This document shows, piece by piece, positions 53,136 to 61,732 of a stretch of 64,000 bases of DNA (its first letter is position 1; each line of letters starts with the position of its first letter). The position numbers and the translations under genes are program-made. The stretch lies in contig CAJYUW010000046.1 in the NCBI GenBank assembly GCA_913778205.1, positions 51,830 through 115,829 on the forward strand, in the 5' to 3' direction. A model generated the notes under the pieces. The model worked only from the letters and a program-made list of their open reading frames with translations, made no database searches and was not told where the DNA came from. Source of the stretch: an uncultured Curtobacterium sp. GTDB lineage: Bacteria > Actinomycetota > Actinomycetes > Actinomycetales > Microbacteriaceae.

Positions 53136-54395
53136 TCAGGCGACGGGCACGAGGCGGGCGACGGCCTCGACGTGGTGCGTGTGCGGGAAGAGGTCGAACG
53201 CCCGCACCGCCTCCAGCCGGTACCCGAGGTCGGCGAAGGTCGCCACGTCGCGCGCCAACGCCACCGGGTCGCACGCGACGTACACAACCTGGGCCGGCTG
53301 GAGCGCCGCGACCTGCACCGCGACCTCGCGGCCGGCACCCGAGCGGGGCGGGTCGAGCACGACGGTGCCGGCGCGCAGGCGGGCACGCTCCTGCTGCGAG
53401 GCGCCGGAGGCGGTCCGGGCGAGCCAGCGGTCGACGCGGCCGGTCTCGGCACGGGCGCCGATCCACTCCGCGAGGTTCTCCTGGGCGTGCTCGGTCGCGC
53501 GCTCGGACCCCTCGACGCTCGTGACCTTGGCGCGCGGTCCGACGAGGTCGCCGAGCGCCGCCGCGAGCAGGCCGACGCCGCCGTAGAGGTCGAGGTGGTG
53601 CCCGTCCGGGTCGAGCCGGTCACGGTCGACGAGGTCCTGCACGGCTCGGGTGAGGACGGCGGGGGCCTGCCGGTGCACCTGCCAGAAGCCGGTGTCGTCC
53701 ACCGAGAAGGTGCGGTCCCCGACGACCTCGGTCACGACGGTCGGCTTCTGCTGGTCGATCACGAGCCGCGCGCCGTCGGAGCCGCTCGGCGCGAGGACGT
53801 CCACGACCGAGGCACCCGGCATGGATCCGCGCCCGAGCGGTGCGCTCTCCTGCACCGCGGCGGTCACGAGCGGCAGCGAGGTGACCGGGACGACGGTGTG
53901 CGAGCGGGCGGCGAACGGACCCGGCGTGCCGTCCGCGTCGACGTGCAACCGGACCCGGGTGCGCCATCCGGTGCCGTCCACCTCGTCGTCGCCGGGCACG
54001 GCCTCCACCTCGACCTCGTGGCCGAGCGTCGCGGCGAGGTCGGTCCGGGCGAACCGCGAGAACGCGTCCACGAGCACCTCGCGCTTGAGCTCGCGCTGGT
54101 GGGCGAGCGCGATGTGCCCGAACTCGGCACCACCGGCCCGCGCGGCGGGGTCGCGGTCGAGGGCTGCCTCGGGCCACACGTGCTCGACACGGTGCTCGCT
54201 CGGCTGCAGGACGGACACGTTGTCGGCACGCCAGAACGACTTCTTGCGGTCCTCGGTGACGCGGGCGACGACTCGCTCGCCCGGGATCGCGTCCGAGACG
54301 AACACCACGCGCCCCTCGTGCCGTGCCACCGAGATGCCGCCGTGGGCGATCCCGGTGACGTCGAGTTCGAGCAGCGTTCCGACGGATTCACCCAT
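53136..54395 (-). CDS. class I SAM-dependent RNA (uracil-5)-methyltransferase, TrmA/RlmD family with TRAM domain
   Basis: N-terminal TRAM domain LELDVTGIAHGGISVARHEGRVVFVSDAIPGERV. SAM fold LDLYGGVGLLAAAL, VLDPPRSGAG, and C-terminal FDLFPHTHHVE (the family-typical nucleophile position is not clearly seen). Confidence 0.75.
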   Translation of the reverse strand: MGESVGTLLELDVTGIAHGGISVARHEGRVVFVSDAIPGERVVARVTEDRKKSFWRADNVSVLQPSEHRVEHVWPEAALDRDPAARAGGAEFGHIALAHQRELKREVLVDAFSRFARTDLAATLGHEVEVEAVPGDDEVDGTGWRTRVRLHVDADGTPGPFAARSHTVVPVTSLPLVTAAVQESAPLGRGSMPGASVVDVLAPSGSDGARLVIDQQKPTVVTEVVGDRTFSVDDTGFWQVHRQAPAVLTRAVQDLVDRDRLDPDGHHLDLYGGVGLLAAALGDLVGPRAKVTSVEGSERATEHAQENLAEWIGARAETGRVDRWLARTASGASQQERARLRAGTVVLDPPRSGAGREVAVQVAALQPAQVVYVACDPVALARDVATFADLGYRLEAVRAFDLFPHTHHVEAVARLVPVA

Positions 54396-54409
54396 GGTTC
54401 GATGTTCCC

Positions 54410-55201
54410 ATGCGTCTGTACCTCGCGAGTACCTCCCCCGCCCGCCGCGCCCTGCTCGCCCAGACCGGCATCGAGCCCGTGCTGGTGGCACCGGGGGTCG
54501 ACGAGGACGCCGCCGTCGCCCGGCGCGAGGCCGAGCTGGGGCGGTCCCTGACCGGGCCGGAGCTCGTGTCGCTGCTCGCGGTCGCGAAGGCGTCCGCCGT
54601 CGCCGACACCGAGGTCGCCGGTCGTCCGGTCGACGGGTTCGTCTTCGGCGGCGACTCCGCCTTCGAGGTCGACGGCACCCTCTACGGCAAGCCGCACGAC
54701 CCGGAGGTCGCCCGGGAGCGCTGGCGGCAGATGCTCGCGGTCGGCGGCGGGACGCTCTGGAGCGGGCACTGCGTGCTGGACCGACGCGCGGACCGAGCCG
54801 ACGCCGTGGCGGCGACCCCGCGGCGGCCGGGAGGCGCGGGGCGGGCCGGTGCCGTGCCTCCCGGCCGTCCGCTGCCCGCCTCCACCGCCGGGGACGGCGT
54901 GGTCGCGGACGTCGCGCCCGGCGGGTCCGCCATGGTCGCCGACGGCGACCGCGTCGTGGCGGTCGACAGCGCGGTGCTCACCTTCGCCGCCGACGTGTCC
55001 GCGGACGAGGTGGACGCCTACGTCGCGAGCGGCGAGCCGCTCGAGGTCGCCGGGGCGTTCACCATCGACGGTCGGGCAGCGGCGTACATCACCCGGATCG
55101 ACGGCGCGCCGTCGGCCGTCGTGGGCCTGTCGCTCCCCGTGCTGCGCTCGATGCTGCTGCGCGGCTTCGGCGCGACGTGGCACGAACTGTGGTCGATGTA
55201 G
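54410..55201 (+). CDS. maf: Maf-like nucleoside triphosphate pyrophosphatase with an internal low-complexity insertion
   Basis: LYLASTSPARRALL...FGGDSAFEVDG.LYGKP...ASGEPLEVAGAFTIDG...VVGLSLP. It is ~50 aa longer than typical Maf, owing to an Ala/Gly/Pro/Arg-rich segment at about nt 54785-54935. Confidence 0.8.
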   Translation: MRLYLASTSPARRALLAQTGIEPVLVAPGVDEDAAVARREAELGRSLTGPELVSLLAVAKASAVADTEVAGRPVDGFVFGGDSAFEVDGTLYGKPHDPEVARERWRQMLAVGGGTLWSGHCVLDRRADRADAVAATPRRPGGAGRAGAVPPGRPLPASTAGDGVVADVAPGGSAMVADGDRVVAVDSAVLTFAADVSADEVDAYVASGEPLEVAGAFTIDGRAAAYITRIDGAPSAVVGLSLPVLRSMLLRGFGATWHELWSM

Positions 55202-55266
55202 ACATCCACACTTCTTCGCGTCGGTTCTTTGTGGACGCCGCTCAATTCGGGCCGCGGCAGCACGAA

Positions 55267-55272
55267 TACGCT
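55267..55272 (+). promoter_or_regulatory. -10-like hexamer TACGCT, 8 nt before ATG 55281 of accA
   Basis: TANNNT with no Shine-Dalgarno between it and the ATG. Confidence 0.3.
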
Positions 55273-55280
55273 GACTTACC

Positions 55281-57059
55281 ATGCCCCGTATCAGCAAGGT
55301 CCTCATCGCGAACCGCGGCGAGATCGCCGTCCGCATCATCCGCGCGGCCCGCGACGCAGGCAAGGCATCGGTCGCGGTCTACGCCGACCAAGACCGTGAC
55401 GCCCTCCACGCCCGCCTCGCCGACGAGGCCTACGCGCTGAACGGCACCACGAGCGCCGAGACCTACCTCGTCATCGACAAGATCATCTCGGTCGCCCGCC
55501 GCTCCGGCGCGGACGCGGTGCACCCGGGCTACGGCTTCCTCGCCGAGAACGCCGACTTCGCCCGCGCCGTCATCGACGCCGGGCTGACCTGGATCGGCCC
55601 CTCGCCGGAGTCCATCGAGCAGCTCGGTGACAAGGTGTCCGCACGACACGTGGCCGAGAAGGTCGGCGCGCCGCTCGCCCCCGGCACGATCGAGCCGGTC
55701 GCGGACGCCGCCGAGGTCATCGCGTTCGCGGACGAGGTCGGTCTGCCGGTCGCCATCAAGGCGGCCTTCGGCGGTGGCGGTCGCGGTCTGAAGGTCGCCC
55801 GGACGCGCGACGAGGTCGCCGCACAGTTCGAGTCGGCGACCCGCGAAGCCATCGCGGCCTTCGGTCGTGGTGAGTGCTTCGTGGAGAAGTACCTCGACAA
55901 GCCCCGGCACGTCGAGACCCAGTGCCTCGCGGACGAGCACGGCAACGTCGTCATCGTCTCGACGCGCGACTGCTCGCTGCAGCGTCGACACCAGAAGCTG
56001 GTGGAGGAGGCTCCGGCGCCGTACCTGACGGACTCGCAGAAGGAGCGCCTGTACGAGTCGTCGAAGGCCATCCTCCGCGAGGTCGGCTACGTCGGCGCCG
56101 GCACGTGTGAGTTCCTCATCGGCGCCGACGGGACGGTGTCGTTCCTCGAGGTGAACACCCGTCTGCAGGTCGAGCACTGCGTCTCGGAGGAGGTCACCGG
56201 CATCGACCTCGTGCGCGAGCAGTTCCGCATCGCCGAGGGCGGCGTGCTCGACTACGACGACCCCGCGCCGCAGGGGCACTCGTTCGAGTTCCGCATCAAC
56301 GGCGAGGACCCCGGCCGCAACTTCTTCCCCGCGCCCGGCCCCGTGCACGCGTTCAACGCGCCGTCCGGACCCGGTGTGCGCGTCGACTCGGGCGTCGTGT
56401 CCGGCGACGTGGTCTCCGGTTCGTTCGACTCGATGCTGGCGAAGCTCATCGTCACCGGTGCCACGCGTGCCGAGGCGCTGGAGCGGTCGCGCCGTGCCCT
56501 CGCCGAGTTCGAGGTGACGGGGCTCCCGACCGTGCTGCCGTTCCACCGCGCCGTCGTGTCGGACCCGGCGTTCGCGACGCCCGACGACGAGCCGTTCAGC
56601 GTGTACACGCAGTGGATCGAGACCGACTTCGTCAACGAGATCCCGGCCTGGAGCGGTGCGACCGAGGAGCTCCCCGCCCCGGCGTCGCGCGACACCGTCG
56701 TGGTCGAGGTGCAGGGCAAGCGCATCGAGGTCACCATGCCGTCGATCGTCGGCGGTGGCGCTGCCGGTGCCGCCGGTCGTCGTCCGGCCGGGCCGTCCGC
56801 TCCCCCGAAGCGTCGGTCCTCCGGCGTCCGCGGTGGGCTCGCCTCGTCGGGCTCGGTGACGTCGCCGATGCAGGCCACCGTCGTGAAGGTCGCGGTCGCC
56901 GAGGGTGACACCGTGGTGAAGGGCGACCTGCTCGTCGTGCTCGAGGCCATGAAGATGGAGCAGCCCGTGCAGGCGACCCGCGACGGCGTCGTGAAGGCGC
57001 TGAACGCCCCCGTCGGCCAGACGATCTCGTCCGGTCACGTGCTGCTCGAGCTCGCGTAG
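55281..57059 (+). CDS. accA: acetyl/propionyl-CoA carboxylase alpha subunit (biotin carboxylase + BCCP)
   Basis: [18 protein letters not shown]...[10 protein letters not shown]...ATP-grasp...C-terminal [11 protein letters not shown] biotinylation motif. Equivalent to AccA3/BccA. Confidence 0.95.
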   Translation: MPRISKVLIANRGEIAVRIIRAARDAGKASVAVYADQDRDALHARLADEAYALNGTTSAETYLVIDKIISVARRSGADAVHPGYGFLAENADFARAVIDAGLTWIGPSPESIEQLGDKVSARHVAEKVGAPLAPGTIEPVADAAEVIAFADEVGLPVAIKAAFGGGGRGLKVARTRDEVAAQFESATREAIAAFGRGECFVEKYLDKPRHVETQCLADEHGNVVIVSTRDCSLQRRHQKLVEEAPAPYLTDSQKERLYESSKAILREVGYVGAGTCEFLIGADGTVSFLEVNTRLQVEHCVSEEVTGIDLVREQFRIAEGGVLDYDDPAPQGHSFEFRINGEDPGRNFFPAPGPVHAFNAPSGPGVRVDSGVVSGDVVSGSFDSMLAKLIVTGATRAEALERSRRALAEFEVTGLPTVLPFHRAVVSDPAFATPDDEPFSVYTQWIETDFVNEIPAWSGATEELPAPASRDTVVVEVQGKRIEVTMPSIVGGGAAGAAGRRPAGPSAPPKRRSSGVRGGLASSGSVTSPMQATVVKVAVAEGDTVVKGDLLVVLEAMKMEQPVQATRDGVVKALNAPVGQTISSGHVLLELA

Positions 57060-57080
57060 CGCGCGGCAGCTCCCGGCTCC

Positions 57081-57142
57081 CGCACAACCAAAGTCACCTC
57101 GAACCGCGCCTCGCCGTGGTTCGAGGTGTCTTTGGTTGTGCG
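57081..57142. repeat. palindromic element family A, copy 2 (2 arm mismatches)
   Basis: cgcacaaccaaagtcacctcgaaccgcg-cctcgcc-gtggttcgaggtgtctttggttgtgcg. Lies 21 nt after the accA stop and 24 nt from the DUF559 gene stop. Confidence 0.9.
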
Positions 57143-57166
57143 GCGCCGACGTGCGCCGGGTCTGAG

Positions 57167-58120
57167 TCATCGAACGTGACGGAACGACCGGGGTGCGATG
57201 GGGACACCGACGCCGCGGAGTACGGCCCGGAGTGCGTCGAGGTCGTTCGCATCCTCCCATCCGAACCGTCCGAAGCCGCGTACCTCCGGGTGCCGCCGGA
57301 GTCGGTCCTCTCGGCGCTTCTCCGTCACGACGACGTCGGCGGCGGACATGCCGGGTCGCCGGAGTGCCGGATCGACGTACTTCGTCCTGCCGTCGAACTC
57401 CAGGACGACCCCCTGCTCGGGGAACCAGAAGTCGACCCTGCCGATGAACCCGGCGTCGTCGTGGAACGCACGCTGGAGTACGGGCCGAGGAGCGCCGACC
57501 TCGTCGAGGGCGACCCGAGCGACCGACTCCCCCGGTGACCCGCTCGCGCCGTCAGCGAGTTCCAGCGCGACCTCCGCTCGGTGTCGACCGTGCACAGCGC
57601 CACGAACCTCGATCTCGGTTCGGACGTCGGCCAGCACGCAACCCGCGGCGAGCGCGACGTCGAGCGCCGGCACGGACAACCGGAGCTCGGAGGAGATCGC
57701 GAGGTCGGCGACGGTGCTGGTCAAGTCCGTCACTGGGCGCCCGTTCGCGATCATGTACTGCGTCCGGAGCGCTCTGCCTCGTCCGGGTCGCTTCCGCACG
57801 TGCGTCAGCGACTGCGTCGTCGATCGCTCGGGGTCGATCACCTCGACCACGTCGGGGAACTCGCCGCGCCAGGGCAGCCCGTGGAGCGCAGCAGCCGACG
57901 CATGTGCGATGACGAGCCGTGGCGCGATCCGATCGTGGACAGCCTTGATGCGCGCGATGTGCCGCTCGCCCGGCGTAGCGCGACGCCACTCCGTCGCGTC
58001 CACGAAGCGCCCCGGGGTCAGGCGCACGAGCGCTCCCTGATCGGCAGCGTCCTGGAAGGAGCGGCCGCGCCTACCGGTCGGGTCTGCACTGCCGCCGCGG
58101 ATGATGGTGAGTCGAGTCAT
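57167..58120 (-). CDS. DUF559 / Vsr-like PD-(D/E)XK nuclease-fold protein with AbiEi_4-like N-terminal domain
   Basis: N-terminus GALVRLTPGRFVD. C-terminus SPGESVARVAL...GRVDFWFPEQGVVLEFDGRTKY...EKRREDRLR...RFGWED. This family pattern is widespread as multi-copy genes in actinobacteria. Confidence 0.75.
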   Translation of the reverse strand: MTRLTIIRGGSADPTGRRGRSFQDAADQGALVRLTPGRFVDATEWRRATPGERHIARIKAVHDRIAPRLVIAHASAAALHGLPWRGEFPDVVEVIDPERSTTQSLTHVRKRPGRGRALRTQYMIANGRPVTDLTSTVADLAISSELRLSVPALDVALAAGCVLADVRTEIEVRGAVHGRHRAEVALELADGASGSPGESVARVALDEVGAPRPVLQRAFHDDAGFIGRVDFWFPEQGVVLEFDGRTKYVDPALRRPGMSAADVVVTEKRREDRLRRHPEVRGFGRFGWEDANDLDALRAVLRGVGVPIAPRSFRHVR

Positions 58121-58223
58121 GCGCCCACGGTCGACGATGACGGGCGGTATCGGCTCGTGTTGTGGTCCTCCGTGGAGAACAGCCCCGCGCGAACGCGGCG
58201 TGGAGGACGGCGTGGTTCACCGC

Positions 58224-58285
58224 CGCACAACCAAAGTCCCCTCGAACCGCGGTGGTACGCGGTTCGAGGGGACTTTGGTTGTGCG
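58224..58285. repeat. palindromic element family A, copy 3 (28-bp perfect stem, 6-nt loop)
   Basis: cgcacaaccaaagtcccctcgaaccgcg-gtggta-cgcggttcgaggggactttggttgtgcg. Lies 103 nt upstream of the DUF559 gene start and 58 nt after the phospho-sugar mutase stop. Confidence 0.9.
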
Positions 58286-58343
58286 AGCGGGCGCCGGAGC
58301 GTGCGAGCGGGCGCCGGCCGTGCCGGCGGGGCGCGCCGGCGGC

Positions 58344-60008
58344 CTACGACACGAGGGGGCGCACGGCGTCGGCGAGGGCGTCGACGAGCGCCTGGGCGTC
58401 GGCCGGGGTCGCCGTGACGGTGTCGATGTAGACCTTGACCTTCGGCTCGGTGCCGCTCGGACGGACGATGACGCGGGCGTCGCCCTCGAGGTCGTACCGG
58501 AGGATGTCCGACGGCGGGAAGCCGTCGACGCCCTCGGCGTAGTCGGTCACGGAGCGGACGGCGACCGGTCCGAGCGCGGCCGGCTGCTCGGCCCGGAGCG
58601 CCGCCATGATCTCCCCGATGCGGGAGAGGTCGTCGACGCGCGTGGACACCTGCCCGGACGCGAACGCCCCGAACTCCGCCGCGAAGGCCTCGAGTCGGTC
58701 GGCGATCGTCTGCCCGGACGCGGCGAGGGTCGTCGCGAGGTCGAGCAGCGCGAGCGCGGCCGAGATGCCGTCCTTGTCCCGGACGACGGCCGGATCGACG
58801 AGGTACCCGAGGGCCTCCTCGTAGCCGAACACCAGGTCCGGCACGCGCGACACCCACTTGAAGCCGGTGAGCGTGTCGCGGTACCCGAGGCCGTGGCGCT
58901 CGGCGACCCGTGCCAGCGCGGGCGACGACACGATCGACGCGGCGAGGGTCCCGCCTTGTCCGTCCGACGACGCACGGGCCGCGGCCTGCCAGCCGAGGAG
59001 CCAGCCGACCTCGTTGCCGGAGAGCCGACGGAACGAGCCGGAACCGTCCGGGATCGCCAGCGCCAGGCGGTCGGCGTCCGGGTCGTTCGCGATGACCAGG
59101 TCCGCCCCCACCGCGATGCCGCGCGCGACCGCGAGGTCCATCGCGCCGGGCTCCTCCGGGTTCGGGAAGGCCACGGTCGGGAACGCGCCGTCGGGCTCGA
59201 TCTGCTCCGGCACCGTCAACGGGACGCCGTACCCGGCGCGCTCGAACACGGCGCGGGCCGTCTCCCACCCGACGCCGTGCATGGCGGTGTAGACCACCGT
59301 CGGTTGCGCGTCGACACCGAGGGCGGGCGTCGGCACGGTCCCCGCCGTCGCATCGACGTAGGCGTCGAGCAGTCCGGGACCGGCGACCGTGTAGTCCGTC
59401 CCGCGGGGCAGGTCCGCGATCGACCCCGTGGCGACCGACTCGATCGCGGCGGCGATCGTCGCGTCGACCGGCGGGACGATCTGCGAGCCCTCGTCGTCCT
59501 CGCCGAGGTACACCTTGTAGCCGTTGTCCCGCGGCGGGTTGTGGCTCGCCGTGACCATGACGCCGGCCCCCACGCCGAGGTGCCGGACCGCGAACGCCAG
59601 CACCGGGGTGGGCAGGGCGGACGGCAGGAGCGTCACCTCGAGCCCGAGGCCGCGCATCACCTCCGCCGAGTCGCGCGCGAAGACGTCCGAGTTGACCCGG
59701 CCGTCGTAGCCGATGACGACGCTGCGCGCCCGGCCCGAGTCGATCAGGAACCGCGCGAGACCGGCGGCGGCCTGGGTCACGACGACGCGGTTCATGCGCA
59801 ACGGGCCGTAGCCCAACTCGGCGCGGAGTCCTGCCGTACCGAAGGCCAGACGGCCGGCGAACCGGCCGGCGAGCTCCCGGACCGCGGGGCCGTCACCGGT
59901 CCCCGCGGCGGCCAGGGCGGCTTCGAGCTCGCCCCGGGTCTGGTCGTCGGGGTCCTGTGCGGCCCAGGCGCGTGCGGCAGCGACGACCCCGTCGACGTCG
60001 AGCTTCAC
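58344..60008 (-). CDS. phospho-sugar mutase (phosphomannomutase/phosphoglucomutase family, PmmB-like)
   Basis: GTAGLR...VMVTASHNPPRDNGYKVY (active-site Ser loop)...full four-domain length of 554 aa. GTGA overlap with the punA stop. Confidence 0.9.
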   Translation of the reverse strand: MKLDVDGVVAAARAWAAQDPDDQTRGELEAALAAAGTGDGPAVRELAGRFAGRLAFGTAGLRAELGYGPLRMNRVVVTQAAAGLARFLIDSGRARSVVIGYDGRVNSDVFARDSAEVMRGLGLEVTLLPSALPTPVLAFAVRHLGVGAGVMVTASHNPPRDNGYKVYLGEDDEGSQIVPPVDATIAAAIESVATGSIADLPRGTDYTVAGPGLLDAYVDATAGTVPTPALGVDAQPTVVYTAMHGVGWETARAVFERAGYGVPLTVPEQIEPDGAFPTVAFPNPEEPGAMDLAVARGIAVGADLVIANDPDADRLALAIPDGSGSFRRLSGNEVGWLLGWQAAARASSDGQGGTLAASIVSSPALARVAERHGLGYRDTLTGFKWVSRVPDLVFGYEEALGYLVDPAVVRDKDGISAALALLDLATTLAASGQTIADRLEAFAAEFGAFASGQVSTRVDDLSRIGEIMAALRAEQPAALGPVAVRSVTDYAEGVDGFPPSDILRYDLEGDARVIVRPSGTEPKVKVYIDTVTATPADAQALVDALADAVRPLVS

Positions 60009-60865
60009 AGCGCTGGTCCGTCGGTGGCCGAGGCGGAACCGATCGCGGTGACGACCCGGGCGAGCAGGTCGGCGATGCGGGGCTCGGCCTCACGTCCGGC
60101 CTCGAGCACCTCGGCGTGCGACAACGGCGTCGTCTGGATGCCCGCGGCGAGGTTCGTGATCAGGGAGAACCCGAGGACCTCCATGCCGGCCTGGCGCGCC
60201 GCGATCGCCTCGAGCGCCGTGGACATGCCGACGATGTGGCCGCCGATCGCCTTCGCCATCTGCACCTCGGCCGGCGTCTCGTAGTGCGGGCCGCGGAACT
60301 GCGTGTAGACGCCTTCGTCGAGCGAGGGGTCCACGCTGCGTGCGACGGCCCGGAGCCGAGCCGAGTAGAGGTCGGTGAGGTCGATGAACGTCGCGCCCTC
60401 GAGCGGGCTGTCCGCGGTGAGGTTGATGTGGTCGCTGATCAGCACCGGGGTGCCGGGCGTCCAGTGCTCCTTGATGCCGCCGGCCCCGTTGGTCAGGATC
60501 ATCGTCGTCGCACCGGTCGCGGCGGCCGTCCGCACGCTGTGGACGACGCGGCGGACGCCGTGCCCCTCGTAGTAGTGCGTCCGCGCGCCGATGACGAGGG
60601 CGTGCCGACCGTCGGGCAGCGCGATCGAACGCACCGTGCCGGAGTGGCCGGGGACGGCGGAGGCGCTGAAGCCGGGCACCTCCGACGCGGGGATCTCGGA
60701 GACCGTCTCACCGATGATGTCGGCGGCCTTGCCCCATCCGGATCCGAGGGTCAGGGCGATGTCGTGCCGAGCGATGCCGGACCTCGACGCGATGACGTCG
60801 GCGGCGGCGCGTGCGACCTCGAAGGGGTCGGCGGCGGGGTCGTTCAGCGGGTTGTCCGTGCTCAT
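60005..60865 (-). CDS. punA: purine nucleoside phosphorylase (trimeric PNP family)
   Basis: LGSGWG...VPGHSG...GRTHYYEG...TNGAGG...RGPHYETPAE...GADIVGMST-type motifs (here GGHIVGMST). Confidence 0.9.
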   Translation of the reverse strand: MSTDNPLNDPAADPFEVARAAADVIASRSGIARHDIALTLGSGWGKAADIIGETVSEIPASEVPGFSASAVPGHSGTVRSIALPDGRHALVIGARTHYYEGHGVRRVVHSVRTAAATGATTMILTNGAGGIKEHWTPGTPVLISDHINLTADSPLEGATFIDLTDLYSARLRAVARSVDPSLDEGVYTQFRGPHYETPAEVQMAKAIGGHIVGMSTALEAIAARQAGMEVLGFSLITNLAAGIQTTPLSHAEVLEAGREAEPRIADLLARVVTAIGSASATDGPAL

Positions 60866-60977
60866 GCACCGATCCTAGGGCGCGCCCGCCCGCGCGCAGC
60901 CCCCGCCACCCGCGGCACCCGGCGAGCACCCGGTGAGCACCCGCCCGCCGGCCCGCACGCTCGTGCGACCGCCCGCG

Positions 60978-61256
60978 TCAGTGCTCGCCGAGCGCGCGGT
61001 CGACCGCTGCCGTGATCTCGGCCTGGTCGAAGTGGTTCCGGATGACGATGACCTCGGCGTAGGTGTCCCCGATCGCCTCGACGAACTCCTGGCTCGTGAG
61101 GATGACGTTCGCGTCCTCGGCGACGTGCCGCACCGACGCGACGTCCGCCGCGACGACGGTCGCGCTCAGCCCGAGCGTCGCCAGGGCCTTCTCGGCGTTC
61201 ACCTTGAGGATGCCGCTCGACCCGATCCCGGCCCCGCAGATCGTGACGATCTTCAT
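60978..61256 (-). CDS. PTS EIIB component, ascorbate/UlaB (PTS_IIB) type
   Basis: MKIVTICGAGIGSSGILKVNAEKAL shows the Cys phosphorylation loop CG.G.GSS. An alternative GTG start at 61277 forms a GTGA overlap with the EIIA stop. Confidence 0.8.
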   Translation of the reverse strand: MKIVTICGAGIGSSGILKVNAEKALATLGLSATVVAADVASVRHVAEDANVILTSQEFVEAIGDTYAEVIVIRNHFDQAEITAAVDRALGEH

Positions 61257-61273
61257 GGCACCCCCCGGCGCAC

Positions 61274-61729
61274 TCACGCGGCACCCCCGGACACGCCGAG
61301 GACGGCCCGGACCTCGTCCGCGGTCGTGGCGGCGGCGAGGCGCGACGTCACGGTGTCGTCGTTGAACACGTTCGCGATCTCACCGATGGACTCGAGGTGG
61401 GTGCCGACCTCGGCCACGGCGAGTCCGAGGACGACCCGCACGGGGTCGTTGTGCGGGTGGCCGAACGGCACCGGCGTTGCGAGGGTGACGAGCGCGAGAC
61501 CGTCCCGCAGCACCGCGGAGCCCGGGCGGGCGTGGGCGAACGCGAGGCCGGGCGAGATGACGATGTACGGCCCGTGCTCCTCGACCATGCCGATCATGGC
61601 GTCGGTGTACGGCGCGGTGGTGGCACCGGACGCGACGAGCGCGTCGCCGGCGAGTCCGAGCGCCGCACGCCACGACGACGCGGACGCGCCGAGCACGACG
61701 GCGTCGTCGGGGAGCGGTGGGAGCGGCAC
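61274..61729 (-). CDS. PTS EIIA component, ascorbate/UlaC (PTS_EIIA_2) type
   Basis: EEHGPYIVISPGLAFAHARPGSAVLRDGLALVTLATPVPFGHPHNDPVRVVLGLAV aligns by eye with E. coli UlaC [23 protein letters not shown]...NDPVDILI. The phospho-His is conserved. Confidence 0.85.
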   Translation of the reverse strand: MPLPPLPDDAVVLGASASSWRAALGLAGDALVASGATTAPYTDAMIGMVEEHGPYIVISPGLAFAHARPGSAVLRDGLALVTLATPVPFGHPHNDPVRVVLGLAVAEVGTHLESIGEIANVFNDDTVTSRLAAATTADEVRAVLGVSGGAA

Positions 61730-61732
61730 GAC

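Noticed and set aside
58224-58285. Family A palindromes as tRNA fragments or att sites, because they contain GGTTCGAGG resembling a tRNA T-arm
   Set aside because: No acceptor, anticodon or D-arm context exists. The motif is simply part of a perfect palindrome present on both arms. There is no integrase nearby.
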